50,500 bases of DNA from an uncultured Bacilli bacterium (GTDB lineage: Bacteria; Bacillota_I; Bacilli_A; RF39; UBA660): positions 1-50,500 of the forward strand of contig CALVIH010000004.1 of NCBI GenBank assembly GCA_944329445.1. Direction: 5' to 3'. Position 1 is the stretch's first letter. Each line of letters starts with the position of its first letter. Below the pieces are notes generated by a model. It did not search any database. It saw only the letters and a list, made by a program, of their open reading frames with translations, and was not told where the DNA came from. Both the position numbers and the translations under genes were made by a program. This document shows positions 1-7,812 of the stretch, one piece after another.

Positions 1-48
1 CTTGTTTATTCCAAGTCTTAAACCTGCAGGATTAACTTTTTGACCCAT
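1..48 (-). CDS. rpsC: 30S ribosomal protein S3, first 16 codons only (gene runs off the left edge)
   Basis: The reverse complement of 1-48 translates to MGQKVNPAGLRLGINK, the conserved S3 N-terminus. A GGAGG lies 7 nt upstream (56-60). The gene follows rplV, as in S10 operons. Confidence 0.85.
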   Translation of the reverse strand, partial: MGQKVNPAGLRLGINK

Positions 49-65
49 TAGTTTTCCTCCTTATA

Positions 66-398
66 TTATCTTTCTGCTACAACCACTGTTACATGACTTG
101 TACGGTGATCGTTTCTAGCAATTCTTCCTCTTGAATCAGGCACTGATCTTTTTAATACAGGCCCATCATTAACATAAGCTTCTTTTACATATAATTTAGC
201 TTTATCAAGATTATGATTATTTTCAGCATTTGCCACTGCTGAAGTTAAAACTTTTTTAATAACGCGAGCAGCCTTGGTATTCATGTTGTTTAAAATTGCC
301 ATGGCTTCACTTACGTCTTTTCCGTTTATTAACCTCATAACTAAACGAGATTTTAAAGCGGAAATACGAACTGTCTTCGCAATTGCTTTCGCTTCCAT
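66..398 (-). CDS. rplV: 50S ribosomal protein L22
   Basis: 110 aa with the L22-type C-terminus (RTSHVTVVV). Position between rpsS and rpsC. Confidence 0.95.
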   Translation of the reverse strand: MEAKAIAKTVRISALKSRLVMRLINGKDVSEAMAILNNMNTKAARVIKKVLTSAVANAENNHNLDKAKLYVKEAYVNDGPVLKRSVPDSRGRIARNDHRTSHVTVVVAER

Positions 399-420
399 AA
401 CGTTATCTCCCTTCTAGTTA

Positions 421-693
421 TTACTTCTTGTCTTTATTCTCGCCGTGTCCACCACATCTACGTGTTTGAGAGAATTCTCCAAGTTTATGTCCAACCATAT
501 CTTCAGTTACATAAACTGGTATAAAATCCTTACCATTGTGAACCGCAAAAGTGTGACCAATAAAATCTGGGAATATTGTTGAACGGCGTGACCAAGTCTT
601 AATTACTTCTTTTTTTCCTTCTTTGTTTAACTTTTGAACCTTTTTAAGTAATCTTTCGAATACGTAAGGCCCTTTCTTAATACTTCTTGCCAT
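421..693 (-). CDS. rpsS: 30S ribosomal protein S19
   Basis: 90 aa: [11 protein letters not shown]...[10 protein letters not shown]...VGHKLGEF. Operon position fits. Confidence 0.95.
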   Translation of the reverse strand: MARSIKKGPYVFERLLKKVQKLNKEGKKEVIKTWSRRSTIFPDFIGHTFAVHNGKDFIPVYVTEDMVGHKLGEFSQTRRCGGHGENKDKK

Positions 694-712
694 TTACATT
701 TCTTCCTTTCTA

Positions 713-1540
713 TTATTTTTTACGGCTTACGATTAACTTAGTAGAAGCTTTTTTGCTTTTTCTTGTCTTCATACCAAGAGCTGGTTTACCCCAAGGTGTC
801 ATAGGTTGTTTACGTCCAATTGGAGCTCTACCTTCACCACCACCATGTGGGTGATCATTAGGGTTCATAACAGAACCACGAACGGTTGGGCGAATTCCCA
901 TGTGACGATTACGTCCTGCTTTACCTAAGTTTACCAAAGCATAGTCAGTGTTTCCAACCTCACCTATTGTAGCCATACAAGTTCCTAATATCTTTCTTGT
1001 TTCACCACTTCTTAATCTTATTAATACGTATTTTTCTTCACGTCCAAGAATTTGAGCACTAGCTCCTGCACTACGAGCTATTTGAGCTCCTTTTCCTGGT
1101 CTCATTTCAATGTTATGAATAACGGTACCAACTGGTATATTTGCAATTGGCATTGCGTTACCAACTTTAACATCAACGTTTTCTCCGCTAACAATTATAT
1201 CGCCTGTCTTTAATCCTTTAGGAGCAATTATGTATCTTTTTTCTCCGTCCTTGTAGAAGATTAACGCAATGTTAGCGCTTCTGTTTGGATCGTATTCAAT
1301 TGCTGCTACCTTACCAGTAACATCAAATTTATTTCTCTTAAAGTCAATCTTACGATATTTTCTTTTTTCACCACCGCCACGGTGTCTTACCGTAATACGA
1401 CCTAAGTTATTACGCCCACTATTTTTCTTTTTTGTATCAACTAAGCTTCTTTCAGGAGTAGATTTAGTTATTTCATCATTAACCAAAACACTCATTTGCC
1501 TTCTAGAAGGTGTAGTTGGTTTTAATTTTTTAACTGGCAT
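713..1540 (-). CDS. rplB: 50S ribosomal protein L2
   Basis: 275 aa with the GGGEGR / HPHGGGEG L2 signatures. Operon position fits. Confidence 0.97.
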   Translation of the reverse strand: MPVKKLKPTTPSRRQMSVLVNDEITKSTPERSLVDTKKKNSGRNNLGRITVRHRGGGEKRKYRKIDFKRNKFDVTGKVAAIEYDPNRSANIALIFYKDGEKRYIIAPKGLKTGDIIVSGENVDVKVGNAMPIANIPVGTVIHNIEMRPGKGAQIARSAGASAQILGREEKYVLIRLRSGETRKILGTCMATIGEVGNTDYALVNLGKAGRNRHMGIRPTVRGSVMNPNDHPHGGGEGRAPIGRKQPMTPWGKPALGMKTRKSKKASTKLIVSRKK

Positions 1541-1555
1541 GTTATTTCCTCCTTA

Positions 1556-1828
1556 TTAGCTTAAATCTAGTTTGCTACCTTCTGCCAAAGTTACGATTGC
1601 TTTTTTATAAGCCTTAGTGGCTCCAGTGTAGCGTCCTACTCTCTTTTTCTTTGGTCTTACGTTTAAAGTATTAACATTTTTAACTTTTACGTTAAACGCA
1701 CTCTCAACCGCTTGTCTTATTTGTACTTTGTTTGCATCTTTTGAAACTTTAAATACAACTTTTGTACCATCAGCTCCTATACCAGCTGTTTTCTCGGTAA
1801 CAATTGGTGCTAAAATTATATCCTTCAT
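1556..1828 (-). CDS. rplW: 50S ribosomal protein L23
   Basis: 90 aa with a PIVTEKT N-terminal motif. Its start overlaps the rplD stop by 1 nt. Confidence 0.93.
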   Translation of the reverse strand: MKDIILAPIVTEKTAGIGADGTKVVFKVSKDANKVQIRQAVESAFNVKVKNVNTLNVRPKKKRVGRYTGATKAYKKAIVTLAEGSKLDLS

Positions 1829-2454
1829 TACTTAAGCACCTCCTCAATGTATTTCACAGCATCTTGTGTGATAATTAATTTTTCGCAACACAAAACGTCG
1901 TAAGTATTAACTTCGTTAGCTAAAACAAGTTTAACGTTATTTAAATTTCTAGTTGATAAAATTAAATTATCAGTTAATTCAGTAACAACTATTAAAGTTT
2001 TATCAGTAGCCTTTAACGTTTCTAAAACTTTTATCATATCTTTTGTCTTGTTTGTTTCTGCATCAAACTTTTCAACAACGATAACCGCTTTATCACCCGC
2101 TTTATAAGTTAAAGCAGACTTAAGAGCTAAACGACGTTCCTTTTTGTTCATCTTCTTGGTGTAATTTCTATTTGCACTTGGTCCAAATACTACACCACCG
2201 CCAACAAAATGTGGCGCTCTGATAGACCCTTGACGAGCGTTACCAGTTCCTTTTTGCCTCCATGGCTTTCTTCCTCCACCAGATACTTCGCTACGATTTT
2301 TAACGGCATGAGTACCTTGTCTTTTGTTTGCCATGAATAAATTTATATGTTCATAAACAACTTGATCGTTTGGTGTTATTCCCCAAACGTTATCATTTAA
2401 TTTAATGTCTTTAATCTTTTCACCTTTTAAACTTAAAAGTGCTGTTTTTGGCAT
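1828..2454 (-). CDS. rplD: 50S ribosomal protein L4
   Basis: L4-like translation (GGGRKPWRQKGTGNARQGS). The ORF-track start at 2475 encodes the Shine-Dalgarno itself (aaaGGAGGaactaaaATG). I place the start at the ATG of MPKTALLSL (2454). Confidence 0.92.
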   Translation of the reverse strand: MPKTALLSLKGEKIKDIKLNDNVWGITPNDQVVYEHINLFMANKRQGTHAVKNRSEVSGGGRKPWRQKGTGNARQGSIRAPHFVGGGVVFGPSANRNYTKKMNKKERRLALKSALTYKAGDKAVIVVEKFDAETNKTKDMIKVLETLKATDKTLIVVTELTDNLILSTRNLNNVKLVLANEVNTYDVLCCEKLIITQDAVKYIEEVLK

Positions 2455-2511
2455 TTTAGTTCCTCCTTTCATCACAAGTGTTAATAATCAATTTAAACTT
2501 CTAAACAATAA

Positions 2512-3246
2512 TTATTCAGTAGTTTCTTGTGATGCATTTGTATCATCAGAAGTAGCTTCCGCTTCAGCCTTAGGTTCTTCGTAGGTTATTAATTCAACCT
2601 TTTCTTTTTTTACATTTGGCTTTTTAACAGCTGACTTGATGATAACTAAAGACTTTTTAGGACCTGGAACATTACCCTTTATTAAGATTACGTTTTCTTC
2701 TGGTATAACCGCAACAACTTCTAAGTTTTGCATCGTTACGCTTACATGTCCCATGTGTCCAGGTAATTTCTTACCTTTAAATACACGCATTGGTCTCATT
2801 GTTCCTAGAGAACCAACACCTCTATGATATTGAGATCCGTGTCCCATTGGACCTCTAGATTGGTTGTAACGTTTAATTACACCTTGGAACCCTTTACCTT
2901 TAGAGATTCCACTTACATCAACCATTTCTCCTTCTTCAAAAACTTCCACAGTAAGTTCTTGACCTAGTTGATACTTACTAACATCTACTCCACGAATCTC
3001 TTTTAAGAAGCGCTTAGGAGCAGTATTAGCTTTTGCTAGATGACCTTTTTCTGCTTTGTTACTTAGTTTTTCTCTTTTAGTATCAAAACCTAATTGGATA
3101 GCTTCATAGCCATCAGTTTCCATTGTTTTAATCTGAGTAACAACGTTAGGTTCCACTTCAACCACGGTAACAGGAATAAGTTTTCCGTTTTTAGCAAAAA
3201 CTTGAGTCATTCCTAGCTTACGACCTAAGATTCCTTTTCTTTCCAT
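2512..3246 (-). CDS. rplC: 50S ribosomal protein L3 with an acidic C-terminal extension of about 35 aa
   Basis: The N-terminus [13 protein letters not shown] and the core are L3. The tail [30 protein letters not shown] lies beyond the usual L3 end. Confidence 0.95.
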   Translation of the reverse strand: MERKGILGRKLGMTQVFAKNGKLIPVTVVEVEPNVVTQIKTMETDGYEAIQLGFDTKREKLSNKAEKGHLAKANTAPKRFLKEIRGVDVSKYQLGQELTVEVFEEGEMVDVSGISKGKGFQGVIKRYNQSRGPMGHGSQYHRGVGSLGTMRPMRVFKGKKLPGHMGHVSVTMQNLEVVAVIPEENVILIKGNVPGPKKSLVIIKSAVKKPNVKKEKVELITYEEPKAEAEATSDDTNASQETTE

Positions 3247-3263
3247 TTTTTCCTCCTGTTTAA

Positions 3264-3566
3264 TTACTTAATTTCGATTTCTACACCACTTGGTAAGTCA
3301 AGGTGTTGTAACGCATCAATTACTTCCTTGCTTGGTTCAATGATGTCAATCAATCTCTTATGCGTACGCATTTCGAATTGTTCACGTGAATCTTTGTCCT
3401 TGTGAACCGCACGTAAAATCGTGTACTTTTGGATTTCGGTTGGTAATGGTACCGGACCAGAAACCTTTCCGCCCAAACGTTTAACCGTTTCAACGATTTT
3501 GCTTGCAGCTAAATCCAAAGAACGATGTTCATATGCTTTTAATCTAATTCGAATTTTGTTTGACAT
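3264..3566 (-). CDS. rpsJ: 30S ribosomal protein S10
   Basis: 100 aa: [14 protein letters not shown]...[10 protein letters not shown]. First gene of the operon. Confidence 0.96.
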   Translation of the reverse strand: MSNKIRIRLKAYEHRSLDLAASKIVETVKRLGGKVSGPVPLPTEIQKYTILRAVHKDKDSREQFEMRTHKRLIDIIEPSKEVIDALQHLDLPSGVEIEIK

Positions 3567-3697
3567 ACTTACTTGTCCTCCCTTCGCCTATATCTGGTAT
3601 AGACTTGCTCCGTAACGAATTACCTGACTCCCTTAAGTTGTAAAAGCAACTTAACCGGGTGTATCAGCAACCTCGCACATCTATGCATCTACACGCA
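3567..3697 (-). promoter_or_regulatory. Structured 5' leader of about 130 nt for the S10 operon (candidate ribosomal-protein autoregulatory leader)
   Basis: The region between the predicted TSS and the rpsJ ATG is visibly more G+C-rich than its flanks. It holds a perfect 8-bp hairpin UUAAGUUG-CUUUUA-CAACUUAA (3633-3654). It also holds a GUAA-UUCG-UUAC tetraloop hairpin (3612-3623). Confidence 0.5.
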
Positions 3698-3703
3698 GTA
3701 CCC

Positions 3704-3732
3704 ATTATATCAGAAGAATTCCTTTATTTCAA
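3704..3732 (-). promoter_or_regulatory. SigmaA-type promoter of the S10 operon
   Basis: Minus strand reads TTGAAA (3727-3732), a 17-nt spacer, then TATAAT (3704-3709). Confidence 0.75.
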
Positions 3733-3766
3733 GGGGTTTTTTAAAGTTTTTTAAACTTTTTTCTTC
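3733..3766 (-). promoter_or_regulatory. UP-element-like phased A-tracts abutting the -35 of the S10 promoter
   Basis: Minus strand reads AAAAAAgttt AAAAAActtt AAAAAAcccc-TTGAAA. That is three A6 tracts with an exact 10-bp period (plus-strand T6 at 3737-3742, 3747-3752 and 3757-3762). Confidence 0.6.
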
Positions 3767-3923
3767 TTATAAAATTTTATTATTTATTTACATAATATAT
3801 GTTTATTTAGTTTTCCACAGGAAAAGTTTTTTGTTATTTAAGCATATATATTTATATTTCGACAATTTAAATTATTTTTATTTTTATAATAGAAAGGCAA
3901 AAACGAAAGGATATATATTTTAT

Positions 3924-4823
3924 ATGTACGAAATAAAGGAAAAGAAAGATATCAAAAATATGATATATATCATACGTGGCAAACAAGTAATCTTAGATAG
4001 CGATGTTGCTCATTTATTCGGCTACGAAACAAAAGATTTAAACCGGAATGTAAAAAATAATATAGAAAGATTCCCTAAAGAATATTGCTTTAGATTGACT
4101 AAAGAAGAATATGAGCTTTTGAGGTGCAAAAATTTCACCTCAAAAAAAGAAACTAGAGGTGGTAGACAATACATGCCATTTGCTTTTACCGAATATGGTA
4201 TTACTATGCTTGCAGGACTTCTTAAAAGCCCTATTGCAATAAAAACCAGTATAAAAATAGTAAATCAGTTTATAGAAATGAAAAAGATTTTAAAAAAAGA
4301 CGATAGTCTTGCGCTTATAAATGATATTTATAACATTAAAAATACTTTAATAGAACATGGTGATAAAATAGATACATTATTTGATAAATTTAATAGAAAA
4401 GAAGATTTAAAAAATAAATTATTCTTTAATGGTGAAATATATGATTCTTATAGTTTATTAGTTGACATAATTAATAAAGCAAATAATGAGATTATCATAG
4501 TAGACAATTATGTTAATAAAGAAACATTAGATATCCTTTCTAAAAAGAAAATAAACGTAACCATTTTATTAGTAACCGATAAATCAAAGAATAATTTAAC
4601 AAAAACAGATATAAAAAAATTTAACAATGAGTATCCATCATTAAATATAAAGTATACAAATATTTTCCATGATAGGTTTATAATACTAGATAAAAAAGAA
4701 TTATATCACCTAGGATCCTCTTTAAAAGACTTAGGTAATAAAGTATTTGGTATTAATAAAATTAATGATTATGATTATGTGAACGAATTAATAAACAAAA
4801 TAAAAACATTGGCAAACAATTAA
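3924..4823 (+). CDS. ORF6N (KilA-N-related) DNA-binding domain protein with an uncharacterised C-terminal module
   Basis: The N-terminal half (IRGKQVILDSDVAHLFGYETKDLNRNVKNNIERFPKEYCFRLT...GGRQYMPFAFTEYGITMLAGLL) matches the ORF6N family as I remember it. The C-terminal half carries HDRFIILD...YHLGSSLKDLGNKVFG. I chose the ATG at 3924 because the track's TTG start at 3831 adds an implausible low-complexity N-terminus. Confidence 0.7.
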   Translation: MYEIKEKKDIKNMIYIIRGKQVILDSDVAHLFGYETKDLNRNVKNNIERFPKEYCFRLTKEEYELLRCKNFTSKKETRGGRQYMPFAFTEYGITMLAGLLKSPIAIKTSIKIVNQFIEMKKILKKDDSLALINDIYNIKNTLIEHGDKIDTLFDKFNRKEDLKNKLFFNGEIYDSYSLLVDIINKANNEIIIVDNYVNKETLDILSKKKINVTILLVTDKSKNNLTKTDIKKFNNEYPSLNIKYTNIFHDRFIILDKKELYHLGSSLKDLGNKVFGINKINDYDYVNELINKIKTLANN

Positions 4824-4840
4824 TCACCAATGTTTTTTCT
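4803..4840 (+). terminator. Rho-independent terminator after the ORF6N gene
   Basis: AAAACATTGG, a 14-nt loop, CCAATGTTTT, then a T-run. The left arm overlaps the last codons. Confidence 0.55.
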
Positions 4841-4842
4841 TT

Positions 4843-5514
4843 TTAATCTCTTCTCTTGCCAAATAAATTTAACAATTGCAAGAATATATTAATAAAGTCT
4901 AAATATAAATCAAGCGCTCCGTATATTGCAATCTTATTTAACTCTTTTTCATCTGATGCATAGTAATTATACATGGCTTTTAACGCTTGCATATCCCAGG
5001 CGGTAAGTCCTAAGAAAACCACGATTGAAATAACTGATATTACGATACTAAAAGTAGAGTTGCCAATAAACATGTTTATAAGCGACATAATTATTATTGC
5101 AAGAAGCGCAAATATAAGTACTTTACCAAACGAAGATAAGTCGTTTTTTGTTATAAATCCATAAAGAGCAAGCAACCCAAACATAAGTGCTGCCGATATG
5201 AATACCATACCAATACTTTCTAATTTATAAACCAAAAAGATGGACGATAAAGTAAGACCACTTACAACCGAGTAAATAATAAATAAAATTTTAGCTGCTG
5301 CGGGCGATACTTTTTTTCTAAGTGCGCTAAAGGCAATTACAACAACCAACTCAAGAATTATAAAAAACGTAAAACCTCCGTATACGAGCCCTCTAACGCC
5401 TGGCGTTACCGAAGTATAGTAAGCAACAGCACCAGAAATTAATAACCCGATGAACATCCATAAATATACTTTAGAAAAAAACTTGGACATTCCGTTATCA
5501 CTATTTATAACCAT
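4843..5514 (-). CDS. Bax inhibitor-1 / YccA family membrane protein
   Basis: 223 aa with about 7 TM segments and a BI-1-type layout. GGAGG lies 6 nt upstream of the ATG. Confidence 0.8.
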   Translation of the reverse strand: MVINSDNGMSKFFSKVYLWMFIGLLISGAVAYYTSVTPGVRGLVYGGFTFFIILELVVVIAFSALRKKVSPAAAKILFIIYSVVSGLTLSSIFLVYKLESIGMVFISAALMFGLLALYGFITKNDLSSFGKVLIFALLAIIIMSLINMFIGNSTFSIVISVISIVVFLGLTAWDMQALKAMYNYYASDEKELNKIAIYGALDLYLDFINIFLQLLNLFGKRRD

Positions 5515-5561
5515 ATATTACCTCCATATTTATATTATATCATCTAATTATTAAAAAATTA

Positions 5562-5594
5562 TTAAAAAAACAAAGATTTTTAATTTCTTTGTTT
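5562..5594 (-). terminator. Rho-independent terminator of spo0A
   Basis: 9-bp stem AAACAAAGA/TCTTTGTTT with a 9-nt loop and a U7 tail on the minus strand. One arm encodes the last spo0A codons. Confidence 0.7.
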
Positions 5595-6383
5595 TGCGTT
5601 ATTAAACTCTAATCTTAATTTATCAGAAACCGTTACGATAAATTCACTATTAGTAGGTTTTGCTCTGTCATAATCAACGCTATGTCCAAATATTTCTTCC
5701 ATAAGGTCAATATCGCCACGGTTCCAACTAACTTCAATAGCATGGCGAATCGCTCTTTCTACCCTGGATACGGTAGTATCAAACCTATTTGCTATCTCTG
5801 GATAAAGCTCTTTTGTTATCGCTCCTACTATATCAGGTTTTTCATACATAAGCATAACGCCTTCCCTTATGTACTGATAGCCCTTTATATGTGATGGTAC
5901 TCCCAAACCATGCAAAAGTTTTGTTACGGAAATTTCTAAGTTATTATGATATATGTTTATCTTGGTTTCATGATCCAGTTTAAAACTTGCAGCATCCAAG
6001 ATCTTATTTTCCAAATCAACCATGTCAAATGGTTTTAATATGAAATGTTTAGGGTTATATTTTGATACCCTTGCAATCGTTTCATCAGCGTTGAACGAAG
6101 TACCAATTATAACTGGTTTTTCAATACCCTTTTTCTTCATTTGTTCTAAAACGTATATCCCATCCTTTTTAGGCATTATTAAATCCAGTAATAACACGTC
6201 AAAATTATCCTTGTTATCCTCGATTACTTTAATGGCATCTAATCCGTTATATGCTTCTTTAACGATGGTTATTTTTTCATGATCCTCAAAATATTCCTTA
6301 AGCATACCAATCAAACTCTCGTTATCATCAACTACTAGCACCTTTACTTCCTTTGTTTCTTCTTTTCCTTTTATTTCTTTCAT
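5580..6383 (-). CDS. spo0A: Sporulation master response regulator Spo0A
   Basis: The receiver domain (VLVVDDN...LLLDLIMP) is followed by the diagnostic Spo0A C-terminal domain: GVPSHIKGYQYIREGV...ITKELYPEIANRFDTTVSRVERAIRHAIEVSW. The start is set at the third codon ATG, which is 9 nt from GGGAGGA. Confidence 0.95.
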   Translation of the reverse strand: MKEIKGKEETKEVKVLVVDDNESLIGMLKEYFEDHEKITIVKEAYNGLDAIKVIEDNKDNFDVLLLDLIMPKKDGIYVLEQMKKKGIEKPVIIGTSFNADETIARVSKYNPKHFILKPFDMVDLENKILDAASFKLDHETKINIYHNNLEISVTKLLHGLGVPSHIKGYQYIREGVMLMYEKPDIVGAITKELYPEIANRFDTTVSRVERAIRHAIEVSWNRGDIDLMEEIFGHSVDYDRAKPTNSEFIVTVSDKLRLEFNNAKQRN

Positions 6384-6450
6384 ACTCATATCCTCCCTTG
6401 CTAACTAATCCCAATTATATTCCCTTAAATTTAATAAATTTAGCACTTAT

Positions 6451-6457
6451 TGTCGAA
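6451..6457. promoter_or_regulatory. 0A box (TGTCGAA) in the spo0A promoter region
   Basis: Exact TGTCGAA lies 62-68 nt upstream of the spo0A start. Read on the gene strand it is aTTCGACAAT and occupies a -35-like position (TCGACA-17 nt-TAAATT). Confidence 0.5.
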
Positions 6458-6483
6458 TAAAAAAAGAATGTACTACTACATCC
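6458..6483 (-). terminator. Rho-independent terminator of the 167-aa gene
   Basis: Minus-strand RNA reads GGAUGUA-GUAG-UACAUUC followed by U7. Confidence 0.65.
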
Positions 6484-6507
6484 TTAAAATATATATTTTA
6501 ATCATGA

Positions 6508-7011
6508 TTAAGAAGTTCTTAAATCATCATTACTATTTTTAAAGTAACGGGTACTCTTTACCATCGAAGGCCCTCTTTGATCAGCTTGTGAATAACCTTC
6601 AGATTTTTGACCATCAATAGCTTCATCAATTTTATTTTCTACCTCACTTATCATAATAGGTTTATTATTGTCCCATATGTCCTTACCGCTCGGCATAATA
6701 GACTTATTAATATCTTGAGGAACGCTATCATTTTTATTACTAGTCATGTATTCACCAAGTGCCTTATCAATCTCGTCTTTAACTTTCTGGTCAATAACTT
6801 TTTCTTTTACCTCTTCAACCATTTGTTCAAACTCGTAACGCTTGATAAATGGTCCTAGAATTTTTTTAACACTTAAGCTCAACCTTATATCGTAAAGTGC
6901 GTCAATGGTACTTCTTATAACAGCTATCCTTTCGGTATGAGGATTAACATGAACTTTTAAATTGGGTTTTGCATAAGGCTCTTGTAGTTCCCTAGCTAAA
7001 TTATCTTGCAT
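6508..7011 (-). CDS. Hypothetical protein (167 aa, charged, no TM segment)
   Basis: The ORF has a good SD (AAAGGGGATGAGGAA-ATG) and is bounded by terminators on both sides. I recognise no family. Confidence 0.6.
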   Translation of the reverse strand: MQDNLARELQEPYAKPNLKVHVNPHTERIAVIRSTIDALYDIRLSLSVKKILGPFIKRYEFEQMVEEVKEKVIDQKVKDEIDKALGEYMTSNKNDSVPQDINKSIMPSGKDIWDNNKPIMISEVENKIDEAIDGQKSEGYSQADQRGPSMVKSTRYFKNSNDDLRTS

Positions 7012-7061
7012 TTCCTCATCCCCTTTCCACTATTACAACTTAAGAATAACACAATAATATC

Positions 7062-7097
7062 AAAAAAGAAAAGGATAAAATGTCAATTTTTATCCTT
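7062..7097 (-). terminator. Rho-independent terminator ending the pgk-to-tpiA operon
   Basis: 10-bp stem AAGGATAAAA/TTTTATCCTT with a 7-nt loop and a U-rich tail on the minus strand. Confidence 0.75.
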
Positions 7098-7104
7098 GTT
7101 TACA

Positions 7105-7812
7105 CTATTTTATACATTTTATTATGCTTTTTAAAGCATCAGCATCCACCGAAGCATTACCAAGTAAATATCCATCTACCTTGTCACTTAAAATAGATTT
7201 TATATTTTTTTCATTTACGCTTCCACCATATAATACTTTATAATTAACAATTCCTTTTTGATCAAGTAGTTTACGAATATAAGTTAGTGCATCCTCTATT
7301 TCTTCTTTTGATAAATTATTTCCACTTCCAACTGACCAAACTGGCTCATAAGCAATTATCAATTCATCATCAGCATCAAGAAAAACACCATCTATCGCAC
7401 TATATAGTTGTTTTTTTAACACTTCACTCGTACGCATTAACTCCTTATCGAGTTTTGTTTCACCAACACAAATTACTGGAATCATCATGTTTTTTAATAG
7501 CGCCTTAACTTTTAGGTTTATATCCTTATCAGTGTCATATCGTCTTCTTTCGGAGTGACCAACCAAACAATACTTAACTCCAAGAAGAGATAAACTTCTT
7601 GCTGATATTTCACCAGTAAAGGCACCACTATCTTCATAAAAACAGTTTTGTGCTCCCAAAACATAGTTAGTAAACACTTCTAAATTTAAATAACTAGGAC
7701 AAACTATTAAACGTATGTTTTCAAAATCTAGTTCATCCATTTTATTTTTTAATAACAAAGCCTCATCATGGGTTAAAAACATTTTTTGATTACATATTAA
7801 TAACTTTTTCAC
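7105..7812 (-). CDS. tpiA: Triosephosphate isomerase (short form, GTG start)
   Basis: Catalytic motifs are present: N-x-K (CNQKMF), GHSERR and YEPVWSVGSG. The GTG start overlaps the upstream TGA (GTGA, 7809-7812). Confidence 0.88.
   Translation of the reverse strand: MKKLLICNQKMFLTHDEALLLKNKMDELDFENIRLIVCPSYLNLEVFTNYVLGAQNCFYEDSGAFTGEISARSLSLLGVKYCLVGHSERRRYDTDKDINLKVKALLKNMMIPVICVGETKLDKELMRTSEVLKKQLYSAIDGVFLDADDELIIAYEPVWSVGSGNNLSKEEIEDALTYIRKLLDQKGIVNYKVLYGGSVNEKNIKSILSDKVDGYLLGNASVDADALKSIIKCIK

Noticed and set aside
1269-1559. Plus-strand ORF of 96 aa, and many similar antisense ORFs in the track. Examples: 2636-2827, 3421-3615, 4973-5164, 5682-5894, 6022-6282, 11790-12185, 15447-15791, 21519-21890, 22002-22508, 23339-23950 and 26511-26822.
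   Set aside because: Each lies fully inside, and antisense to, a strongly conserved gene. The translations are low-complexity (F/L/S/I-rich), lack ribosome-binding sites and show no family resemblance. They are shadow ORFs.
3378-3393. parS-like palindrome ttgttCACGTGaatct inside rpsJ.
   Set aside because: It matches only 12 of 16 positions of TGTTNCACGTGAAACA. The sequence is explained by the conserved S10 codons (SREQFE).
3831-3923. Long N-terminal extensions proposed by the ORF track. Examples: 3831 for the ORF6N gene, 11274 for pgk, 17460 and 18714 in the envelope cluster, 24863, 28136, 36363 and 49213.
   Set aside because: The extensions begin at weak or alternative starts and read through promoters, leaders or Shine-Dalgarno sequences. 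They add non-conserved residues. Internal ATG/GTG codons with proper SD spacing were preferred.
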